A stretch of DNA of 64,000 nt from positions 864,001 through 928,000 of the forward strand of contig CAVXTH010000009.1 in assembly GCA_963764625.1 (NCBI GenBank), written 5' to 3'. Below the pieces are notes generated by a model, which was not told where the DNA came from, ran no database searches, and was given only the letters and a program-made list of their open reading frames with translations. The translations under genes were made by a program, and so were the position numbers. Shown here piece after piece: positions 55,694-64,000 of the stretch. This stretch comes from Candidatus Krumholzibacteriota bacterium. Lineage in GTDB: Bacteria; Krumholzibacteriota; Krumholzibacteriia; JAJRXK01. Position 1 is the first letter of the stretch, and each line of letters starts with the position of its first letter.

Positions 55694-58034
55694 ATGAAGA
55701 GACTAGTCTGGCTTGCTCTGTCGCTTGTGGTGACGATCGGGTTCACCGCGTGCCAGAGCGGCTTCAAAGGCGAAGTAACGGCGAATCAAGCGCCTGATAC
55801 TCGCGTGACGGCGACCCCGCCGGCGCTCGAGCAGACCTCGTTCACGGTGCAGTTCTACTGGACCGGTCTGGACAACGACGGTTGGATCGATCACTTCGAG
55901 TGGCGGATCAGTGACAATGGCCAGGATGGCATCATCGACCAGGGAGACACTCTCGGACTGCCTTGGCACTCCACGGTCGTGACCGATTCCACTTTCGAGG
56001 TGTCAGCAGACATCGCACTGTACCAGAACGACGTGAACAATCCGCAGATCACCGACCCGAAGGACTTCCGCTACTGGCAGACGCACACCTTCTTCGTGCG
56101 CTCGGTCGACAATTTGGGGGTGGCGGACGCCACTCCGGCGATGGTCTCCTTCACCGCCACCACTCTCTCGCCGACGATCACGATCACTCTTCCCAAGTCG
56201 AAGGGGAAGATCGACTGCGTCTCTTCCGCGCGCGCTCTCACCTTCGGCTGGGAGGGAAACGATCCGGACAACGTGGATCCCGATCCCGCAGCGATACGCT
56301 ACGCGCTGGTCAATACCCGTGAAGTCCTCGACCCGGCGCTGGGAGCGGACACCTGCCTCACGAAGTTCATCTACCAGGCCATCGATCCGGCCAAGATTTT
56401 CAACGGACACTGGAGCGAATGGATTTCCTACGACGCGCCGGAGGACAGCGGACGAGTGGTCACCTTTCCCGTCAAGGACATTAGCGAGTCGTTCTTCTTC
56501 GCGGTTCAAGCGAAGGACGTGGCCGGGGCGGTCACCCCTACTCTGGAATGGAATACGAACGTCAGGCACGTGCGAATTTCTCCCGGGAAAGCACCCCTCT
56601 TGAGCGTCACCGAGAAGTTTCTGGGGAATTCCAATTTCGTCGGACCCAATTCGATCAAGGCCTACGAAATCGCTGCTGGTCAGCCCCTGAATTTCAGTTG
56701 GAAGGCGGATGCATCCGACTACGCGGGGATCATCGACGCCTACCGCTTCGGCTGGGAGATTCAGGACGTGAACGATGCCGACGACCCAGGGTGGGCCGTG
56801 CCATGGGGAAGTGGTACCAGCTATCTGCGAGCTCCGGTTCGCACCTTCCAGCAGGGGAGCCCGAACTTCGTCATCCAGTGCCGTGACAACTCTGGCGCCA
56901 TCAGCAGGGGAACAGTCCAATTCGAAGTGGTTCAGGTCACCCCGCGCGCGCAGCAATTCGACCTGCTGTTCATCGATGACTACGACCTCCCGCCGGACCA
57001 GGAGCCCTCACGCACCTGGCGTGAGGAATGGGAGGAGATGCTGGTGGGAAGGGTCTCGAACTTCGACCCGGCGGTGGATTTCATCAGCGGCCGGGACGTC
57101 GACTTCCGCCTCGTCAACCGCTATAAGTCCGTGATCTGGTTCGTGCAGGGAAAGAGCGCGCTCACCGGATTCGCCACGAAACTCAGGCCGACCCTCACGG
57201 GCCCGCGCTACAACTGGCTCGAAGTCTACCAGTCAAAGATCGGCAATGTCCTCTTCATCGGCCCGTACGCCAGCCTCGGGATGATCGAAGCTGCGACCTT
57301 GGAGTTTCCCGTGGTGTACAACACCGTGGAGAGGCCCCCCCTCGGCTTGGGTTGCACCAGTTTTTCGACGGAAGGGTCCTGTTCGCCCGCCGGCACCGAA
57401 CGCTGGACCTACAGCGGGTGGTGTCTGGAGGCCAGCGATTGGGTGAGACCGGTGAGCGACGGCCGAACCGGCGAGGGTGGAGGCGCTGAGTCGACCACTA
57501 CCCTGCGCTGCGACTATCTGTTCCGAGCGCAGGTGGACTCCGGACTTCCTCACCCAGTATCCCAGCGCGGAAGGGGTGGTACAGGACCTGGTGACCAAGG
57601 CGGATTCGCCGCGGCTCCCCGGGTCCGACGGATATCCCGATGGTGTGGCGTTCTATCGCTATCAGTGGGAAGAGTTCTACAATCGAAACATCGCGCCCAC
57701 GCGTGAGGTCACGCTGATCCCCCGCGATTGCCAGAGGCCGATGTTTCTGCACCGTGCGGTTCGAGACGAAGTTTGGCCTTCGGGCACTCCCAACGCGGGG
57801 GATCCCATCATCCCCAACGCCAAGACGAGCTGCGCACCGGTCGGCCGGGATGACTCGCCCCTCGATGGCGCCGCGGTCGGCCTCGTCAGCAGCGTCTATT
57901 CGCCCTTCAAGCAACTGCCAGGGTCACAGGACTTCCTCTGGGGATTCAATCCCCTGGCTTTCGATCTGGATCACGTAGAGTCGGCTCTGCTTTGGATCAT
58001 CGGGCAGAACTGGGATATCGACGTCACGAACTAA
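55694..58034 (+). CDS. Large lipoprotein related to the upstream one (frameshift near 57540)
   Basis: GGAGG RBS; lipobox FTA/C; APDTRVTATP...FYWTGLDNDGWIDHF; C-terminus in ORF 57477..58034. Confidence 0.75.
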
Positions 58035-58053
58035 ACCCGAGGAAGATGGATCG

Positions 58054-60475
58054 GTGAAGAGAACCAAGTACCTCACGTTCTTGCGTCCGCAACTTGTAGC
58101 AGTCGGCCTGCTTGAGCGCGCTCTGCGCGGGGCTGTGGCCTGTTTCCGCAATCGCGCAGAACGATTGCGGAGACTTTTTGAAGTTGTATTCCCCCGCGGA
58201 TCTCACGATCAACTTCCAGGCTGCCCCGGTGGAGGGAAATCGGCTCAGTTGGCAGCCTCAGTCCGCCGATAGCACTGCGTGCTATGTTCTCGGCGGTACT
58301 GAAGGTCTGACCGAGTTTGAACCCTCGGTGGAGGGCACCTACAAGCTGGACTCCGATCGCGATATCGACTTCATCGTGGTGGGCAGAGGAGTCGTCGGCG
58401 ATACGACCATCGGACAGCTCTCCGTCCTGTGGTCGAGCAAGTCGGTAAGCGAAGGCTACGTCGCCGGCTCCATGAACCTGTCGAATTCCGGCGGTATCTT
58501 TCAAGTCGATCTGGCTTCAGGTGTCGCAAGCCAGTCGAATACGGGGGTTCCCAAGTCCCTGAGCCGAACCAACATCATGAGTCTCGCGTCGTGGTCGGAC
58601 GGCCAGGGTACCACCAGAGTCTATGCTCTGGTCCCCGGCGTCCCCGTGCTGCTGAGCGAAAACGGCGGGGCGACCTGGGTGCCAACCCTGAGTTCGAAAA
58701 GCGACCCCATCCTCGATCAGTTGAGCAACCCCAGCGCCACCGGCGCTTCGATCACGGTGGATCCGACCGATCCCACGCGAATCCTGGTGGGTACTGCCGA
58801 TGGACTCTACCGCTCCACGGACTCGGCGGCGAGTTTCCTGCGGATCGCCCTGGAGATCTCGAGCGGAAAGCAAGAGGTCCTCGTGGTCAGGTACGACAAG
58901 ATCACCCGGCGTCTCTTCCTCTGCATCAACGGTCTCGGCTTGTTCGAAAGCCCGGACAACGGAGACTCGTGGAGCCCCATTTCGACTCTGAGAGTGCCCC
59001 GACCGACGGACACGAGCCCCGATTCAGCCCAGGTTGCATTGCCCCAGGTCTACGACATCCTCACTTCGCCCAACGACCCCAATCTCATCTACGTGGCTCT
59101 CCAGAGTTGGGGCGTGTATGCCACGACCGATGGCGGCACAAGTTGGGATCGCCGGGATGGCGGCATGGTGTTCGGCCCCGCCGCCGGGTACCCCTCAGGC
59201 CGGAAAGTGAGCGTTCGGGGCCTGTCCTTCGACAGTCGGAATACCCAGCGAATATTCGCCGCTTCCTCCTCACGTGGTCTCTTCATCAGTGACGACGGCG
59301 GAGTGAGCTGGTCGGACTCCACCGCCTTCTTGCCTGCCGGAAGCAATGGCGCAGTGCCGAGCTTGAAGAAGATCCTGCAGAATCCGACGAGCCCCGACGA
59401 ATTCTTCCTGACCACGCCCGAAAGCGGAATCCTCCACTCCGTCGATGGAGGCGTTCTCTACACGAAGCTCTACGACGAGCTCAACGTTGCCCCGGTGATC
59501 TCGCAGGTCGGGGACTTAATCTTCAATCCCAGCGACCCGGGTAAGCTGCTCCTCGCCAGCAGAGGTGGCGGAATCTACGAGCCTGGCGAACCGATTCCGC
59601 TCTCGGACACCATCGATCTCGCAGCCAGCGACGAAGAGTTTCGCAATGCGGACATTGGCCTTACCGTGAGATTCATGGTGGCGGCTACCGCGGACAGCAA
59701 TGGGCTCCTGCGTCCCGGCGACAGCTTCAACATTAGGACACAGACCTTCCAAGGGTACGCGGTCTGGCGTTCCGTCAAGTTCATGCCGAATAGTCAGGAA
59801 CCCGAGTGGGAACTCATCGGTCTCTACGATCTCAACAACCCCGAGTTCTGCTATTCGACCCCGTGCGATGCGTTAAACCCGCGGATCATCTCGGGCTGCT
59901 TCGCCGACAAGCGGTCGAACTGCTTCTCGTTTGACGATGCGACCGGGCGGGTGGCTTTCTTCGATCGCGATATCTACGATGGCTTTACCTATCACTACGC
60001 CGTCAGCACCTTCGACTACGGATTCACGGGCGATGTCGACCCCCGTGGTCTTGACCGCGACATGGAGTTCTCGCCGCGTTCGGCCTACGAAACGTCCCTT
60101 CAGGCGCAGAACCACATCTCCCCGGGCAACTACAACGATCAAGTCTTCACCGTGAGCAAGAAGGCCGCGCCGGACCTTTCAGGCATCTGGGTCGTCCCGA
60201 ATCCTCTCCGGCGAAGCGCAGGTTGGGACGAAACCGGCGGGTCCTCCATTCACTTCGTAAACGTTTCTCTGGACTCGAAGGCGGAGATCTACACCCTGGC
60301 CGGAGACCTGGTCACCGAGCTGCGCAACGAGATCGTGAGCGGGGAACAACGAGGGACCATTGTCTGGGACACGACAAATTCCAAGGGGCGAGAAGTCTCC
60401 AGCGGCGTGTATATCTGGAGGATCTCGAATGCCAAGGGGGGAGAGCGCGTCGGCAAGCTGACGATCATCCGCTGA
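58054..60475 (+). CDS. Secreted BNR/Asp-box beta-propeller protein with FlgD/T9SS-like C-terminal domain (frameshift in the signal peptide)
   Basis: SENGGATW, STDSAASF, SPDNGDSW, TTDGGTSW, SDDGGVSW repeats; VVPNP...IYTLAGDLV...WD...SSGVYIW. Confidence 0.82.
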
Positions 60476-60647
60476 TCGAAGGCATCCCCAAACCAAAGCG
60501 CCCCCTCCTGCCAATGTCGTCGATGATTTTGACAGTGCGCGACCTGCAACCTATCATGCGCTGACACCTGAACTGATGGGCGCAAAGAGAACGGACCTCT
60601 CTCTCACGCCCGCCTGAATTCTACGAGATCAATCCAGGAGGAGAGCA

Positions 60648-63308
60648 GTGAGCCAGATGTTGTATTTCTTTGGGGAGGGGAAGGCGGACGGCAATGCTCA
60701 ACTGCGCGATCTTCTCGGAGGTAAGGGCGCCAACCTGGCCGAGATGACGAATCTGGGCCTTCCCGTGCCCCCTGGCTTCACGATCAGCACCGAAGTCTGC
60801 GCCGCCTACTACGCCTCGAAGGACAGGAGCTTCCCCCCAAAGCTCGACGAACTCGTTCGCGGTGCGATAGGAAGGATGGAGAGCATCCTCTCCGGTCGCT
60901 TCGGGGGCAGCGAGAATCCCCTCCTGGTCTCAGTGCGTTCGGGCGCCCGGGTGTCCATGCCGGGCATGATGGACACGGTGCTCAATCTGGGCCTGAACGA
61001 TCTAACCGTGAAAGCTCTGGCCCAAGCCACCGAGAATCCGCGCTTCGCGAACGACAGCTACCGGCGCTTCATCCAGATGTTCGGCAACGTGGTGTTGGGT
61101 ATCGATAGCGCGAATTTCGAAAACAAGCTGGAGGCGCTCAAGGAGAGGAAGGGAGTCGAGCTCGATACCGATCTCGATGCCGACGATCTGAGCGGACTCA
61201 TCGAGAGCTACAAGGAGATCGTGCGCAAAGAACACGGAAGCGATTTCCCGCAGAACCCGTGGGACCAGCTCTGGCAAGCCATCACGGCGGTGTTCCGTTC
61301 CTGGAACAACGACCGTGCCATCGCCTATCGCTCGATGCACAACTACTCCGACGAGTGGGGCACCGCGGTGAGCGTGCAGTCGATGGTGTTCGGAAACATG
61401 GGGAACGACTGCGCCACTGGCGTTGCGTTCACGCGCGATCCTTCCACCGGCGAGCACACTTTCTACGGCGAATACCTGCCCAACGCTCAGGGGGAAGACG
61501 TGGTGGCGGGGGTGAGAACTCCCCACCATCTTGCGGCTCGGAAAGGCGAGAGCGGCTCGCTCCAGGAACTGATGCCGGAAATCTACGATGAACTTCTGGA
61601 GATCGTGCGGAAGTTGGAGGATCACTACCGCGACATGCTGGACATCGAGTTCACCATCCAGAGGAATCGTCTTTGGATGTTGCAGGTGCGTGCCGGCAAA
61701 CGGACTGGCGCCGCGGCGGTGAGAATCGCGGTGGAGATGGTTCAGGAGAAGTTCATCGATCCCAAGGTCGCTATAAATAGAGTCACCCCCGATCAGCTCG
61801 AGCAGCTGCTTCATCCCACCATCGACGCCTCGGCCCAGTACACCGTGCTGGCCAAGGGCCTCCCCGCGAGTCCCGGAGCGGCGAGCGGAGAGCTGGTCTT
61901 CAGCGCGGAGGAGGCGGTAGAGGCCGCCGAGGACAAGCGAGCCGTGATTCTGGTGCGCAAGGAGACCAGCCCGGAGGACATCCGCGGAATGGCAGCGGCC
62001 CGCGCCATCCTCACCCAACGGGGCGGAATGACCAGCCACGCGGCCGTCGTGGCCCGCGGGATGGGAAAGTGTTGCGTGGCGGGTTGTGGTGAGATCTCCC
62101 TCGACGAATCGGCGGGAACGATGAAGGTGGCGGGCAGGAGCTTCTCGCGAGGGGACATCATCACCCTCAACGGAACTACCGGCGAAGTCATCGAGGGCGA
62201 GGTCCCCACGGTTCCCCCGAAGCAAGACGAGAACTTCCGCACCCTCATGGGGTGGGCCGATGAGTTCCGGCGCCTGGGGATCCGCACCAACGCGGATACG
62301 CCTCAGGACAGCAAGCTCGCCCGAGAGTTCGGAGCCGAGGGAATTGGACTCTGTCGGACCGAGCACATGTTCTTCGGCGAGGAGCGGATCGGTGCGGTTC
62401 GCGAGATGATCGTGGCGCAGAACGAAGAACAGAGGAGCAAAGCGCTCGCGAAGCTCCTTCCCTATCAGATGGAAGACTTCAAGGGGATCTTCGAGGCCAT
62501 GGACGGGCTTCCCGTCACCATCCGTCTGCTCGATCCGCCCCTGCACGAGTTCCTTCCCCACGATACCGAAGAGATCGAGCGTCTCGCGCACGAGCTCTCC
62601 CTGGATGTCAGCGAGATGCGGCGCATCGTGGATTCTCTGCAGGAGTTCAATCCGATGCTGGGACACCGCGGATGCCGTCTGGGGATCACTTATCCGCAGA
62701 TCTATCTAATGCAGGTGGAGGCGATCATCCGCGCCGCTCTTCAAGTGCAGAAGTCGGGCAAGGTGCCCAAGCCGGAGATCATGATTCCCCTGGTGGGGGT
62801 CGACCAGGAACTGAGGATCCTACGCCAGGAAGCGGTCGCGAAAGCGGATGAGCTGATCGCACAGAGCGGCCAAACTCTCTCCTACCTGGTGGGGACGATG
62901 ATCGAGATCCCCCGCGCCGCGCTGACTGCGGACGCAGTGGCCAAGGAGGCGGACTTCTTCTCCTTCGGAACGAACGATCTCACCCAGATGTGCTTCGGAT
63001 TCAGCCGCGACGATGCCGGCTCCTTCCTCCCCAGCTACGTAGGGCGTGGAATCCTGCCCCAGGACCCCTTCCAGAGTCTGGATCAAGAGGGGGTAGGTCA
63101 ATTGGTGACCATAGCCTGTCAGAAGGGACGCCAGGTAAAGCCGGGCCTGAAACTTGGAGTCTGCGGCGAGCACGGCGGAGACCCCGCATCGGTGGCCTTC
63201 TTCCACCGAGTTGGCCTGGATTATGTTAGTTGTTCGCCCTACCGGGTCCCAATTGCCCGGCTGGCCGCCGCTCAGGCTCGTCTGGCGGACGAAACGAGCG
63301 CTGGATGA
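60648..63308 (+). CDS. ppdK: Pyruvate, phosphate dikinase
   Basis: LGGKGANLAEM, SMPGMMDTVLN, GGMTSHAAVVARG, GIGLCRTEHMF, FSFGTNDLTQ, CGEHGGDP. Confidence 0.98.
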   Translation: MSQMLYFFGEGKADGNAQLRDLLGGKGANLAEMTNLGLPVPPGFTISTEVCAAYYASKDRSFPPKLDELVRGAIGRMESILSGRFGGSENPLLVSVRSGARVSMPGMMDTVLNLGLNDLTVKALAQATENPRFANDSYRRFIQMFGNVVLGIDSANFENKLEALKERKGVELDTDLDADDLSGLIESYKEIVRKEHGSDFPQNPWDQLWQAITAVFRSWNNDRAIAYRSMHNYSDEWGTAVSVQSMVFGNMGNDCATGVAFTRDPSTGEHTFYGEYLPNAQGEDVVAGVRTPHHLAARKGESGSLQELMPEIYDELLEIVRKLEDHYRDMLDIEFTIQRNRLWMLQVRAGKRTGAAAVRIAVEMVQEKFIDPKVAINRVTPDQLEQLLHPTIDASAQYTVLAKGLPASPGAASGELVFSAEEAVEAAEDKRAVILVRKETSPEDIRGMAAARAILTQRGGMTSHAAVVARGMGKCCVAGCGEISLDESAGTMKVAGRSFSRGDIITLNGTTGEVIEGEVPTVPPKQDENFRTLMGWADEFRRLGIRTNADTPQDSKLAREFGAEGIGLCRTEHMFFGEERIGAVREMIVAQNEEQRSKALAKLLPYQMEDFKGIFEAMDGLPVTIRLLDPPLHEFLPHDTEEIERLAHELSLDVSEMRRIVDSLQEFNPMLGHRGCRLGITYPQIYLMQVEAIIRAALQVQKSGKVPKPEIMIPLVGVDQELRILRQEAVAKADELIAQSGQTLSYLVGTMIEIPRAALTADAVAKEADFFSFGTNDLTQMCFGFSRDDAGSFLPSYVGRGILPQDPFQSLDQEGVGQLVTIACQKGRQVKPGLKLGVCGEHGGDPASVAFFHRVGLDYVSCSPYRVPIARLAAAQARLADETSAG

Positions 63309-63372
63309 GCGAGGGGGTGCACGAGCCCCCGACGCTCAGAGGAACTGGACCGCGTCCAGGGGGGAGAGAATC

Positions 63373-63867
63373 TTGGATTTGCGGGGCCGAATCGAACTCT
63401 TCGGAGTGGCGAACATCTTTCAGCTCCTGCATCTCGCGCAGGCCACGGGCAAGCTCGTGCTCCATGGCTGTCAGCAGCGCGCCCGGGTCTATTTCCACCA
63501 AGGACGGTTGATCTACGCCCGCACCGACGCCCGCACTGAGCGTCTCGGCGACTACCTCGTGCGCAGCGGCATGCTGGAACGCTCTCAACTCGAGGGCGCC
63601 AAGATGAAGGCAGGCCTCGCCGGCGGAAAGAGGATCGGCACGATCCTGGTCGAGGTGGGGAGCATCAGCGATCAACAGCTCAAGGAAGCCGTTCGCAACC
63701 AGATCGAGGAGATCGTCTTCCAGCTGGTCACGATCGAAGAGGGCACTTTTGCCTTCTACTCGCAGATCTACCCCGAGAACGAGGACATCCTGCTCGACGT
63801 GAGTCTCGACTATCTGATGCTGGAGGGGATGCGCAAGCTCGACGAATTGGGCAAGGACGCGTCCTGA
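63373..63867 (+). CDS. DUF4388 (PATAN-like) domain protein
   Basis: MDLRGRIELFGVANIFQLL...TGKL...VYFHQGRLIYA...RLGDYLV...EGTFAF...LMLEGMRKLDE. Confidence 0.85.
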   Translation: MDLRGRIELFGVANIFQLLHLAQATGKLVLHGCQQRARVYFHQGRLIYARTDARTERLGDYLVRSGMLERSQLEGAKMKAGLAGGKRIGTILVEVGSISDQQLKEAVRNQIEEIVFQLVTIEEGTFAFYSQIYPENEDILLDVSLDYLMLEGMRKLDELGKDAS

Positions 63868-63895
63868 GAGGGCGAAGAAAAGCCGATGCGTGAAT

Positions 63896-63923
63896 GAGGC
63901 GCCCCTAAGGCGCCTCTTTTTTT
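63896..63923 (+). terminator. Possible intrinsic terminator
   Basis: GAGGCGCC-CCTAA-GGCGCCTC-TTTTTTT; could overlap the start of a following gene. Confidence 0.55.
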
Positions 63924-64000
63924 GCTGGCTCTGGCTGGTTCTCTTGCGCTGCCGGCCGGGGATCGCTCGCCGCGCCCGCCGGTCGTCGCCCACCCGGGCG

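Noticed and set aside
54419-57706. Single 1095-aa ORF
   Set aside because: Artefactual join of the frameshifted end of one lipoprotein with a second gene that has its own RBS and lipobox at 55694
39053-62666. Long minus-strand ORFs opposite aspS, phoH, glyS and ppdK (e.g. 39053..40696, 61002..62666)
   Set aside because: No motifs; they overlap well-supported genes on the opposite strand

Overview
High-GC, gene-dense chromosomal window from a diderm bacterium. PorV, LpxH and FlgD/T9SS-like C-terminal domains suggest an FCB-group relative such as Krumholzibacteriota, Latescibacterota or Eisenbacteria (inference only). Most of it is housekeeping: UbiD-family decarboxylase, ispG, gdhA, tRNA-fMet, ftsB-eno, rlmN, degP, a sigma70, aspS, phoH-HD-ybeY-corC-mgtE-recO-glyQS and ppdK. 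Many genes, including essential ones, carry single-base frameshifts, most likely long-read assembly errors. The most unusual block is about 16-25.5 kb. It holds an NtrC-type regulator and an unannotated small secreted protein gene (signal peptide, G-rich linker, GDPDE motif) directly upstream of a 1000-aa TPR-GAF-sigma54 activator. A sigma54 promoter then appears to drive a ~385-nt structured non-coding RNA whose 5' end is complementary to the ribosome-binding site of the secreted-protein gene. A second sigma54 promoter drives a lipoprotein and a Tyr-rich CxxCH secreted protein. I propose this block as a candidate peptide-signalling/sRNA feedback circuit. No CRISPR array, rRNA or mobile element was found.
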